Assembly (NCBI GenBank): GCA_040387015.1 | Contig: JAZKEP010000044.1 | Location: 1 to 62,807, forward strand | Source of the DNA: Bacteroidota bacterium | Lineage (GTDB): Bacteria; Bacteroidota; Bacteroidia; Chitinophagales; LD1 | Reading direction: 5' to 3' | DNA: 62,807 nt | Part shown: positions 45,512 to 54,447 of the stretch, piece by piece | Layout of the letters: each line of letters begins with the position of its first letter | How positions within the stretch are numbered: position 1 is the stretch's first letter | Translations under genes and position numbers: made by a program | Notes under the pieces: generated by a model | The model's input: the letters and a program-made list of their open reading frames with translations, nothing else | Told to the model about the DNA's origin: nothing | The model's database searches: none

Positions 45512-46630
45512 TTATTGAACAAACACTGATATGATTACTGAAACCTGTTTGACATAGTGCATCAAATGAAACATGGAAATATCAGGCAGCGCAAAATTTG
45601 ACTTGTTCAACAACAATGACATGTACCCTGCGAAAACTGTGGCTGTAATCAAAGCCAGAATCAAGCTCGACAAATCCAAAGTCATTTTTATTGTGCACCG
45701 CTGGTAATCTCCGCTCGGCACTTCCTCCGAGATTTTGAAACCAAAATCCTCATACAGTTTCAAAGCACTTTCTAACTTTCTGCTGGTTTCCAGTTCAAGT
45801 ACCTTAGCCTTTTTAGTCTTTGCAAAATCAACCGCTTTACTCATCAACAATCGCCCAACACCTTTCATCTGGAATTTTTCTGTGACGGCCATCTTTAGTA
45901 ATTCATACGTTTTCGGAGTGGTCTTCTTAACAGCACAAGTGCCTATTACCTCATCTCGGTAAAGAGCAAAAAATACTTGCCCGTCCCTTTCTAAAATTTC
46001 CTTTTCGGGATTGTTCAATACTCTTTCATCTACTGGCTCCACTGTAAAGTATTTTTTTAGCCATTCAACATTGAGCTTTTTAAAATCCTCTTTATATGCC
46101 GTTGAGAAATTCACTATTTCAACTTCTCTTCTGAAAGCATTCGCGAGCTTCTCATTCACTCGCTTGTACATGCTCTTTATTTCAAGTTGTTTTTCCATCT
46201 TTTCAACAATTCCTAAAACATCTGATCCTGATTCCCGCAGAAATTCCCTGTTGGCCATTTCTATTTCATGTAGAATAGGTTCAATTCCCTGGAATATGTT
46301 TTTCCCTTTTGCTGTCAATTGAATCAATTTTCTGCGTGCATCCTTTTTGTCCTTAACAAAAACAACCAATTTTTTTGCCTGCATCTGCTCTCCAAACTGA
46401 ATAATGGCGGGGTGGGTTAGCTTCAAAAGATTAGAAAGCTCTATAACGCTCATCGACTCATTATGATAAAGAGCATATAACATAGTGAACCATTTGGGTT
46501 CAAAGTCCACGTTCATTTCACGATAAATTCTGCCCACATCTGCTTGAAGTGATTCTGCCAGCCTCTTCAATCTTGTCGCAAAAGCCAATTCACCTAGATG
46601 CTTGATTAAGTCCGTCCCTGTTTTACTCAT
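45512..46630 (-). CDS. MarR-type winged-helix plus GNAT N-acetyltransferase fusion with a hydrophobic C-terminal tail
   Basis: N-terminal MSVIELSNLLKLTHPAIIQFGEQMQAKKLV (wHTH). GNAT core FQMKGVGRLLMSKAVDFAK. About 55 extra C-terminal residues include LILALITATVFAGYMSLLL. Confidence 0.65.
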   Translation of the reverse strand: MSKTGTDLIKHLGELAFATRLKRLAESLQADVGRIYREMNVDFEPKWFTMLYALYHNESMSVIELSNLLKLTHPAIIQFGEQMQAKKLVVFVKDKKDARRKLIQLTAKGKNIFQGIEPILHEIEMANREFLRESGSDVLGIVEKMEKQLEIKSMYKRVNEKLANAFRREVEIVNFSTAYKEDFKKLNVEWLKKYFTVEPVDERVLNNPEKEILERDGQVFFALYRDEVIGTCAVKKTTPKTYELLKMAVTEKFQMKGVGRLLMSKAVDFAKTKKAKVLELETSRKLESALKLYEDFGFKISEEVPSGDYQRCTIKMTLDLSSLILALITATVFAGYMSLLLNKSNFALPDISMFHLMHYVKQVSVIISVFVQ

Positions 46631-46648
46631 AATGCGAATATAAAAGTA

Positions 46649-46670
46649 TTTATGTAAGTGGTTACATAAA
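46649..46670. promoter_or_regulatory. perfect 9-bp inverted repeat TTTATGTAA-N4-TTACATAAA, candidate MarR-type operator
   Basis: Read directly. Begins 19 bp from the start codon of the MarR-GNAT gene, in the divergent region shared with the TerC family gene. Confidence 0.5.
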
Positions 46671-46752
46671 AATAATGCCCTCGTACTTTACCCAAAATTC
46701 CGGCTTTCCACTACGCAAATATCTATATTGGGCAAAATCCTATTTTCGCCCT

Positions 46753-47520
46753 ATGGATTTTGACTTCTCAGTTTTCAGCACACCGGATGCGTGGATCAGT
46801 TTACTAACTCTCACCTTCTTGGAAATTGTTCTTGGTGTAGATAACATCATCTTTATCTCTATTACAGCAGCAAAACTGCCAAAGGCTCAGCAAGCCCGCG
46901 CCCGCACTCTTGGATTGTTTATGGCGCTGATCATGCGCCTGATATTACTTACACTTATCGGGTTTGTAATAGGCCTCACAGAACCGCTGTTCACTTTGCC
47001 GCTTCAGTCAATTTTTGAATCCATCAAAATGGACCATGCTGCTGAAGCCGCAGCTATTTCAGGGCGTGATTTGATTTTAATACTGGGTGGGTTTTTCCTG
47101 CTTGCTAAATCAACTACTGAAATTCATGGTAAAGTTTCGGGTAAGCACGAGGCTACCAAAAGTATAGCGGCCACGGCATTTTGGTCTATCATACTTCAAA
47201 TAGTCTTTATTGATATTGTGTTTTCCTTCGATTCGATCCTTACAGCTGTAGGCCTTACCAAACATGTAATTGTAATGATGGCGGCTGTAATCATCTCCAT
47301 AATAGTGATGATGTTTTTTGCAGGGGCTATTTCCAATTTCATTAATAAATATCCAACGCTACAGATTCTTGCGCTTTCGTTTTTAATTATGATTGGCTTA
47401 ACACTAGTGCTGGAAGGATTTGAGGCTCATGTAAACAAAGCCTTCGTTTACATTTCTGTGTTGTTCTCGCTGTTTGTAGAGTTTCTGAATATACGTTTCA
47501 GAAAGCAGGAAGCTGATTAA
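46753..47520 (+). CDS. TerC family integral membrane protein (start at MDFDF preferred)
   Basis: LEIVLGVDNIIFIS and SFDSILTAVG motifs. Confidence 0.8.
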   Translation: MDFDFSVFSTPDAWISLLTLTFLEIVLGVDNIIFISITAAKLPKAQQARARTLGLFMALIMRLILLTLIGFVIGLTEPLFTLPLQSIFESIKMDHAAEAAAISGRDLILILGGFFLLAKSTTEIHGKVSGKHEATKSIAATAFWSIILQIVFIDIVFSFDSILTAVGLTKHVIVMMAAVIISIIVMMFFAGAISNFINKYPTLQILALSFLIMIGLTLVLEGFEAHVNKAFVYISVLFSLFVEFLNIRFRKQEAD

Positions 47521-48314
47521 ACATTTCCCAATACATACATCTTCTCCATTGTGGGAACTGATTTTCCTCCGAGTGGCTCAAGGGTAATAGCAAACGCTAC
47601 TGCATTCTTCACTTGTTTCATTTCTGCGAAGGATGTATCCTTATTTATTACTCCTAAATCCACCGGCTTTCCATCAACAATTGCCCAAAGCTGAAACTGT
47701 TCGTTAGCAGCTATTTGAGGAAGGGCCGAGGCATTGATAAAAGTGTTCCCTTCTTCTTTATTCCAAAACACTATAGCTTTTGATGTTGGTGAAATTGGAA
47801 GGCCATTAAGTAAGATATGCTGATGAGCAGGATTTGAAACAACCGCTATCTCATTCTTCAATTGTTCACTTTCACTAGTGATGTGTTTAACCTGGTTAGC
47901 CAGTACTGACTGCTCTGATTTAAGCGACAATAACTCGTTATTGGTGCTGTTGTAGCGGTTAACGAAATAAACAGTAGTTACAGATAAACCGAGTATCAAT
48001 ACAACTCCGGCAGCAGCAGCAAAGCGCATTACCGGACGCAAGTGAACAATAATGGTTTTAATATTGTCCATATCTAAATCCAATTCGACTCCAAAACCAA
48101 TTCGTGCTGCTATTTCATCTTTCAACTCTGCCTTAGGATGCAGCGATTGCGCAAAGGCAAACTCCTCCAAAGCGCTTTCTATACGATGAATTTCATCGTT
48201 CACTTCTTTGCTGGTTTTGCGCAACTCATCAATCTGCTTCATTTCTTCGGCAGGGAGTGAGCCCATCACATACAGTTCAAGCGAACCTGATTCTATAAGT
48301 TGTTTTGCTTCCAC
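47517..48314 (-). CDS. anti-sigma factor, RskA-like C-terminal domain
   Basis: Single TM (AAAGVVLILGLSV) and C-terminal FQLWAIVDGKPVDLGVI...AFAITLEPLGG. Directly downstream of an ECF sigma gene. Confidence 0.7.
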   Translation of the reverse strand: MEAKQLIESGSLELYVMGSLPAEEMKQIDELRKTSKEVNDEIHRIESALEEFAFAQSLHPKAELKDEIAARIGFGVELDLDMDNIKTIIVHLRPVMRFAAAAGVVLILGLSVTTVYFVNRYNSTNNELLSLKSEQSVLANQVKHITSESEQLKNEIAVVSNPAHQHILLNGLPISPTSKAIVFWNKEEGNTFINASALPQIAANEQFQLWAIVDGKPVDLGVINKDTSFAEMKQVKNAVAFAITLEPLGGKSVPTMEKMYVLGNV

Positions 48315-48315
48315 G

Positions 48316-48876
48316 TTATATAAAGTATTTTCTGAGTTTATTCATAGCTAATCGTACTCTGCTCTTTACCGTTCCTAATGGTATGCTTAGTTCTTCTGCC
48401 ACTTCACTTTGAGTAAATCCTCTGAAATACAACAGGTCAATAATATCCTTCTGCTCTTTCTCCAATTGGTCAACCATTTTTTTTAATCCAATACCATCTA
48501 CAAACTGCGATGTGGTAGCATGTATATTCCTTGCAAAATCTTTGTCTCTTTTTAGTTCATGCTCGCCTTTCATTGCTTTGGAGCGCAACTTATCAATGGC
48601 GTGGTTGCGGGCTATGTTCATCATCCAGGTATAAAGGCGTGAACGCTGTGGGTCGTAGGATTCGAAGTTGTTCCAAATTTTTACAAATACCTCCTGCAAT
48701 GCATCGTTGCTTGCTTCTTCGTGGTGAAGTATATTAAAAATAACTCCATATAATGCGGGACTATAGTTATCATACAGATATTCAAACGCAAGTTTGCTTT
48801 TGCTCTTTAGCTCAGAGCAAAGAAACTCTTCTGTATATTTTTTTGATTGGGCCAGGTATGCTGTTGTTGCTGTCAA
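48316..48876 (-). CDS. ECF-type RNA polymerase sigma-70 family factor (TTG start)
   Basis: Region 2 (ALQEVFVKIWNNFESYDP...LYTWMMNIARNHAID) and region 4 (FRGFTQSEVAEELSIPLGTVKSRVRLAMNKLR). Confidence 0.85.
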   Translation of the reverse strand: MTATTAYLAQSKKYTEEFLCSELKSKSKLAFEYLYDNYSPALYGVIFNILHHEEASNDALQEVFVKIWNNFESYDPQRSRLYTWMMNIARNHAIDKLRSKAMKGEHELKRDKDFARNIHATTSQFVDGIGLKKMVDQLEKEQKDIIDLLYFRGFTQSEVAEELSIPLGTVKSRVRLAMNKLRKYFI

Positions 48877-48903
48877 ATATATTGTATTAAGTGAGTTAGT
48901 TTG

Positions 48904-48930
48904 AAAAAGTCAGGGGCTTTCGCCCCTGAC
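48904..48930 (-). terminator. intrinsic terminator after the CHRD gene
   Basis: Minus strand reads GTCAGGGGC-GAAA-GCCCCTGAC followed by T5. Confidence 0.7.
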
Positions 48931-48982
48931 CATGAACCCACATATGAACAAAAAGAACGACAGAGATTGATTCAAGTATCTT

Positions 48983-49438
48983 TTACGGTGCGTTGCTTCC
49001 TATATTTCCTACTAACACATAAGATGTAAGCGGATCGGCTGCCTGCGGATTATGAGCCACAAAGCATCCGTTAAAAGCAATCATTTCATCGTAATCATTA
49101 GTAACTGTTTTATCACTGGTTGTCATACCACCACTCGATGCAAACGGGCCAAGATCAATATTCACTCCACCCGGAGCTGTTATAGGTCCGTTATGTATGT
49201 GGGCAGGATAGCTAAGGCCATCCATGGTGCCCATCATGTGTGTATGAATAGTAGTGCTTCCGTTTTCGTTTTCTTTAAACTCTACCGTTCCGCTTATACC
49301 CGAATTATCATACGTGCTCATGGTATAAGACTTAGAGCGTAAAATTTTATCCTCTTCCTTTTTGCAGGAAGAAATTCCTGCAACTGTAACTGCCAGTAAA
49401 GCGACAATGCTTATACGAATTATATTATTTGGTTTCAT
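48983..49438 (-). CDS. CHRD domain lipoprotein (start at MKPNNII preferred)
   Basis: Lipobox-like LAVTVAGISSC and PAHIHNGPITAPGGVNIDL, typical of CHRD. Confidence 0.55.
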   Translation of the reverse strand: MKPNNIIRISIVALLAVTVAGISSCKKEEDKILRSKSYTMSTYDNSGISGTVEFKENENGSTTIHTHMMGTMDGLSYPAHIHNGPITAPGGVNIDLGPFASSGGMTTSDKTVTNDYDEMIAFNGCFVAHNPQAADPLTSYVLVGNIGSNAP

Positions 49439-49553
49439 TTTGTTGTTGTTTAATTTCTGCTCATTAGAATACCCGGGAAAACAAACTCGCAGAGGTTTAG
49501 AAATTAAATACAACAACAATTACGCAGGGAGTTCGAAGTTGGATCACTGCACT

Positions 49554-49592
49554 ATAAAAAAAATGTTCCAGTTCTTAAAGAAGTGGAACATT
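49554..49592 (-). terminator. intrinsic terminator after the ABC-F gene
   Basis: Minus strand reads AATGTTCCAC-TTCTTTAAGAA-CTGGAACATT followed by T8. Confidence 0.65.
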
Positions 49593-49601
49593 AAATACAA
49601 T

Positions 49602-49634
49602 ATCCTTCGCTGCGCAAAGCTGCGCTCAGGATGA
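49602..49634 (-). repeat. solo arm of the same palindromic element family as in mnmG
   Basis: Minus strand reads GTCATCCTGAGCGCAGC-TTT-GCGCAGCGAAGGAT. Compare GTCACCCTGAGCGAAGCCGAAGGGT at 38389. Confidence 0.55.
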
Positions 49635-49648
49635 CAAAATAAATTCGA

Positions 49649-51583
49649 TTATACTTTCTCGAGTTGTGCTGAAAGTGATTCCCAGTTTTTCATCTCGCTC
49701 TCCAATTGCTTTTTAAGCAATTCGTAATTGGAAAAGAAATTAGGGTCTTTGGTGAGTAGTGTATATTGTTCGGAGTTGAGGAGCTTTTTATCAGTATTCG
49801 AAATTTGTGTTTCGAGTTCAGAAATTTTCTTTTCGCTTTTCTCGATATCAGTTTTCAGCTTCTTTACTTCCTTTTCTTTCTCTTTACTCTTATCCGCTGA
49901 AACTGTATTCTCCTGTGTTTTTGATTTCACCTCCGGCTTCTTCACCTCATCCTTCTTCGCCAGCAAGCGCATATCTTCTACCTGCTTCTTTGCTAAGAAA
50001 TCGTTGATGTCACCAATGTGTTGCTTAATACCTTCTCTGGTAAACTCAAATGTTTTGGTCGTCAGGTCATGAAGGAAATCTCTATCGTGCGAAACAATAA
50101 TCACGGTTCCTTCAAATTGCTTTACCGCATTCTTCAAAATCTCTTTCGACATCATGTCTAAGTGATTCGTAGGCTCATCGAGCACTAAGAAGTTACGCGG
50201 CTCCAGAATCATTTTGCAAAGTGCCAAGCGTCCTTTCTCTCCACCGCTTAATACTTTTACTTTCTTAAATACATCATCGCCTTTAAAAAGAAAGGCGCCA
50301 AGCATATCGCGCAGCTTGGTGCGAATATCACCAGTAGCAACTCTATCTACTACTTCAAGCACGGTATCTTTTCCGTCCATTGAATCGGCAGCGTGCTGTG
50401 CGTAGTAACCAACGGTAACATTATGGCCAAGTGTGAATGTTCCTTCATGGTTAAGCCCGTCAACCAGAATTCTTGTAAGCGTGGTTTTACCCATTCCGTT
50501 CTTCCCTACAAATGCAATCTTCTCTCCACGGTCAATCTGAAAACTCTGATCAACAATTACTTTTTTCTCACCAAAACTTTTTGAAATATGTTTTGCTTCC
50601 ACTACTGTTTTACCCGATGCCTGAGCCCCCGGAAATTTCAGATTCATGGCAGAAGCATCTTCTTCTTCCACTTCAACCCTATCCATTTTATCTAACTTCT
50701 TAATCAACGACTGCGCGAAAGTTGCTTTACTAGCCTTGGCGCGGAAGCGATCAATGTTTCGTTCTATCTGCGCAATTTCACGGTCCTGATTTTTCTTAGC
50801 GCCAATTAATTGCTCGCGTCTTTCTTTGCGCAGCTCAATGTATCTGGTGTAGGGCGCGTTGTAATCATCAATATTTCCATTGCCTACTTCAACCGTGCGC
50901 TTGGTGATGTTATCGAGAAAACTTCTGTCGTGCGAAACCATGATGATTGCGCCCGGATAATCTTTCAGAAATTTTTCCAACCATAAAACCGATTCAATAT
51001 CTAAGTGGTTAGTAGGCTCATCTAACAAAACTAAATCGGGTTTGGCAAGAAGAATCTTTGCCAACTCCACGCGCATTTGCCATCCACCGCTCAGGGTTTT
51101 CATTGGCTTCTCAAAATCTACCGGGTCGAAGCCGAGGCCTTTTAATACGCGTTCGGTTTGTTCTTCTACACCGTAACCATCATGCAATTCAATTTGATGT
51201 TCCACTTCGCCCAGACGCTCAATCAACTGCATGTAGGCATCGCTTTCGTAGTCGGTGCGGGTTTCCATCTGGTGCATGATGTCTTCCTTCTCGTTGTTGT
51301 ATTGCGTTACCAGCTCAAACGCCTTTTTGGTTTCTTCAATTACCGAAAGGTCGGACTGCGAGTGTAACTCCTGTGGCAGGTAGCCAATTACCGTTCCTTT
51401 GGGATACATGATATCGCCACCGTCAATTTGCTGAATGCCCTTGAGCACTTTAAGCAGGGTTGATTTACCGGCACCGTTACGGCCTGTAAGACCTATTTTA
51501 TCATTGTCGTTGATAAGAAAAGATATCTTATCGAACATCACCCGTCCGCTAAAATGTAGTTCGATATTGGAAACAGCTATCAT
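49649..51583 (-). CDS. ABC-F family ATPase (two ABC domains, no TM)
   Basis: Walker A GRNGAGKST and GKNGMGKTT. Signatures LSGGWQMR and LSGGEKGR. C-terminal coiled coil. Confidence 0.9.
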   Translation of the reverse strand: MIAVSNIELHFSGRVMFDKISFLINDNDKIGLTGRNGAGKSTLLKVLKGIQQIDGGDIMYPKGTVIGYLPQELHSQSDLSVIEETKKAFELVTQYNNEKEDIMHQMETRTDYESDAYMQLIERLGEVEHQIELHDGYGVEEQTERVLKGLGFDPVDFEKPMKTLSGGWQMRVELAKILLAKPDLVLLDEPTNHLDIESVLWLEKFLKDYPGAIIMVSHDRSFLDNITKRTVEVGNGNIDDYNAPYTRYIELRKERREQLIGAKKNQDREIAQIERNIDRFRAKASKATFAQSLIKKLDKMDRVEVEEEDASAMNLKFPGAQASGKTVVEAKHISKSFGEKKVIVDQSFQIDRGEKIAFVGKNGMGKTTLTRILVDGLNHEGTFTLGHNVTVGYYAQHAADSMDGKDTVLEVVDRVATGDIRTKLRDMLGAFLFKGDDVFKKVKVLSGGEKGRLALCKMILEPRNFLVLDEPTNHLDMMSKEILKNAVKQFEGTVIIVSHDRDFLHDLTTKTFEFTREGIKQHIGDINDFLAKKQVEDMRLLAKKDEVKKPEVKSKTQENTVSADKSKEKEKEVKKLKTDIEKSEKKISELETQISNTDKKLLNSEQYTLLTKDPNFFSNYELLKKQLESEMKNWESLSAQLEKV

Positions 51584-51705
51584 AAGAGGGCGCGAAGGTA
51601 GTGCTAGATTTTGATAATTACAGGATAGCCGTCAGAAATTGTGTAAAACATCAGGTTCTTGTTTTAGAAGACCATTTTGTATTTTTGGTGGAAAGGAAAA
51701 GTCCT

Positions 51706-52461
51706 ATGTCAGAAACAACAAATTTCCAGTTGGCTTTAGATAACGGTCATTTAAACCGAATTATAGCCCTACTGATTGAGCAAAATGATGGTTTGAAGAA
51801 GGAAAATGAGTGGTTGAAAATGCATATAGGGCTGAAAGAGCAAGGTATGCCCGATGCGCAAATACATGAGGCGTTTACAGCGTTCTGGAAGTCCCACATG
51901 CAAACTAATGTAGGACTAACCGAAGCTAGACAATCCTATGTGCAAATGCATGTAGGGCTTACTGAGCTTAGTCAATCCAACCCACAAATGCGTGTAGGGC
52001 ATCCTGAATTTAATCAATCCCACATGCAAACTGATGTAGGGCAAACCGAAGTTAGACAACCCTACGTGCAAATGCAGGTAGGATTATCTAAGCAGAGTTT
52101 ACCTACCACGCAAATGCATGTGGGGCAAACCACAGAAAATAGCCCACTTCCGGCAGTTATTCAGCCGGACAGCCAGTTAATTTCGGCCCTGGTTAAAACT
52201 CTTAAAGAGGCCGGCTTTAAACATGCGGAGGTTTCTACAGTGCGCAACGCTGCCACGTTGATGTTTCATTTCTATAACAAGGGCGGGGGAAGTTATCAGG
52301 AATTGAAAAAAATAACGAACCTTTCTATGGGCGGCCTAAGCAAGTTCATGACCTCCTTTAGAAGAAGAGGATTGATAAAGCGCTATGCGTTTCAAAAATT
52401 TGAGCTTACACCGCATGGCCTAAACCTGCTGCAGCAGGCGTATAGTAAAGTGAAAAAATAA
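51706..52461 (+). CDS. repeat-containing DNA-binding-like protein: N-terminal zipper, 14-aa tandem repeats, C-terminal winged-helix-like domain
   Basis: LIEQNDGLKKENEWLK, then 6-8 repeats of the ..QM.VG.TE..QS type, then SYQELKKITNLSMGGLSKFMTSFRRRGLIKR. The track start (GTG 51601) is less likely than ATG 51706. Confidence 0.5.
   Translation: MSETTNFQLALDNGHLNRIIALLIEQNDGLKKENEWLKMHIGLKEQGMPDAQIHEAFTAFWKSHMQTNVGLTEARQSYVQMHVGLTELSQSNPQMRVGHPEFNQSHMQTDVGQTEVRQPYVQMQVGLSKQSLPTTQMHVGQTTENSPLPAVIQPDSQLISALVKTLKEAGFKHAEVSTVRNAATLMFHFYNKGGGSYQELKKITNLSMGGLSKFMTSFRRRGLIKRYAFQKFELTPHGLNLLQQAYSKVKK
51811..52145 (+). repeat. array D: 8 units of 42 bp (2 x 21), inside the ORF above
   Basis: Unit boundaries at 51811, 51853, 51895, 51937, 51979, 52021, 52063 and 52104. 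Core is CAAA(C/T)..ATGTAGGGC ... AGACAATCC. Confidence 0.8.
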
Positions 52462-52543
52462 CATTGCAGCGCGTGCAAATCATGCAATTATCATTTTGCT
52501 ATTTCTCATTTTGCCTTACATTCGCCCCCGAAATAATTACAAT

Positions 52544-52774
52544 ATGAGCAAAGTAATAGCAGGCATTTTTACTATCGTAGGTGGTTTATTAACCCTCTAC
52601 TACACTTTCGTGATGCATAATTCTTCATACAACCACGAATACAACGACCCGAAACTGCACATGAGCATGTTTCAAACAGGTCACATGATTCCATTAGTGC
52701 TTGGCCTTTTTCTATTGACTATAGGCTTAACTTTCTTCTTTGTAGCTAGAGAGTCGAATCCGAATATTAAGTAA
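52544..52774 (+). CDS. small two-TM membrane protein
   Basis: MSKVIAGIFTIVGGLLTLYY ... IPLVLGLFLLTIGLTFFFV. Confidence 0.5.
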   Translation: MSKVIAGIFTIVGGLLTLYYTFVMHNSSYNHEYNDPKLHMSMFQTGHMIPLVLGLFLLTIGLTFFFVARESNPNIK

Positions 52775-52809
52775 ACCCCTAAATTCCCTAAAGGGGACTT
52801 TTAGAATAC

Positions 52810-52857
52810 AAAATGCAAAGAGCGTTTCAGTTTTAATTGAAACGCTCTTTGCATTTT
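52810..52857. terminator. 20-bp perfect-stem hairpin, bidirectional terminator between convergent genes
   Basis: AAAATGCAAAGAGCGTTTCA - 8 nt - TGAAACGCTCTTTGCATTTT, with A/T runs forming both arms' ends. Confidence 0.7.
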
Positions 52858-52888
52858 ACATTACCATCCTAACCCGGGCAACAGGATT

Positions 52889-54447
52889 TTAGAACTGATA
52901 CCTGAATCCACCGCTTACTCCAACATTGTATTTACGCCTTTCCTGCCTGCCTATTTCGTTCAGGCTCATATAGAACATGGGCTCCGTAAAAAATATGTAT
53001 TTCTTTTTGTGGATATATTCCACTCCTGCCGAAGCATAGAAGGAAGCATAGTAACGCCTTAAGCCGCGCATACCGAAATACTCTGCCTGTTCCCCTTCGG
53101 TGTAAGAAGCATTTTCAACGATGCTTTTATTATTGCCCGCCATAAACGGATTGTCGTTACTGGAAACAAATACATTGTCAGCCCAAATGTTGTTAGGAAT
53201 AACACGCGGTCGTTTTTCGGTCACAAACTCTTCCGTAAACTTAATATGATTGATAAAGCTGGCTGCTACATAAAAACGGAAGCGCTCTTTTACAACGGGG
53301 TAAACCTTTATTCCTATTGGAATCTGTAACTCATGAATTTTCGAAATATAGCTTTTTGTAACCCCTTCTGTGTCGATCGGTGCCTTGGGTCTGCATATTT
53401 TGAAAGCCGTATGCGAATACAAAATTGAATTGGTAATGGCCACCCGTTTGCCGAACAGAAAATCGTGTGTAATACCTACTGCGTAAGAAGGTTTTTCGTA
53501 ACACGATTTGCATGCGTTTAAGCTATCGAGATACATACGCTTACCTCCTACTATGGTGGCCGAAATATTTGCAAGCACACCCAATGAATATTGAAACTTC
53601 TTCTTCTTTGCCTTAGCCAATGTTTCCTCGTTCGCCTTGTTGATAGAGGTTTCCTCCGAAGTAGTTTCCAGCAAGCCCGTCCTTCTATCCATTTCTATCC
53701 TTTGCTCTACTAAACTCTTTGATGAAACAACAGAAGCAACTGTTTCAGTTTCCTCACGTGGCACATTTTTCTCAAACTGCTGTATGGTAGTATTCGCACC
53801 ACCCTGTTTCGCTTTTTGCAGCAGGCTATTTTTTCTCCTTTGCTTTTGCGCATCTTTTGATGATAAAGCAAAAGATGTTTCATCTGAAAAAGAATCCTCC
53901 GTTTTGCTAGAAGAAGTTTGCTTTTCTGAATGATTACTCAGTAAAGAATTACCGGATGGTGATTGATTATAGTTTACAACAGCTCTTTTCTTCTTCCCTA
54001 TAGCCTTAGCCTCATTCCCTGCTATCTGATTTGCCTTTTGTGTTACTGCTGCTTCCGTGTTCTTGTTGTTTCTTGTTTGCTCTTTTGTACCTGCGTGTTT
54101 TGAAGTGGCTGTAGGCTGCTGTGCAACACTTTCATTTAATTGGTTGCTATTGCCTCCGTTGTTATTACCCTGTTCTGATACTTCATTTCCCCTTTCCGGT
54201 TTACTGTGTTCAGTTACCGGTACATCTTTGTGTTTCGCTTCAGTATGTTGTTTAATCCCAACTCATAGCCTATTACCCCAACCAACAAAAGCGATGCTGC
54301 AATACCCCCTGCCCACAACCAGAAAAAACCTCTGCGTTTTTTCTTTTTATCGAGCATGACTTCCATGTTCTCCCACGCCTTCGGGTCAAAAGGGGGTTCA
54401 ATACCCTTTAGTTTGTCGCGTAACTGTTTGTCTGAATTATTTTCCAT
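52889..54447 (-). pseudogene. anti-sigma-like TM protein with C-terminal outer-membrane beta-barrel-like domain, split by a frameshift
   Basis: ORF 54447-54214 (MENNSDKQLRDKLKG...TM...) and the frame open from 54262 to 52889 (ending GFRYQF) overlap by 49 nt in different frames. The total length of 1559 nt is not a multiple of 3. The start overlaps the upstream ECF sigma gene. Confidence 0.6.

Noticed and set aside
45426-45516. Long-range pairing CGGTTTGCGG / CCGCAACCG followed by a T-run on the plus strand (possible sRNA or terminator).
   Set aside because: The stem is imperfect and encloses a loop of about 62 nt. No plus-strand gene or promoter lies upstream, and the T-run overlaps the end of a minus-strand CDS. 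This is insufficient support.
46631-46752. A yybP-ykoY (Mn) riboswitch was expected upstream of the TerC family gene.
   Set aside because: The leader is only about 120 nt and AT-rich. It lacks the conserved GGGGAGUAG-type core and the four-helix arrangement as I remember them.
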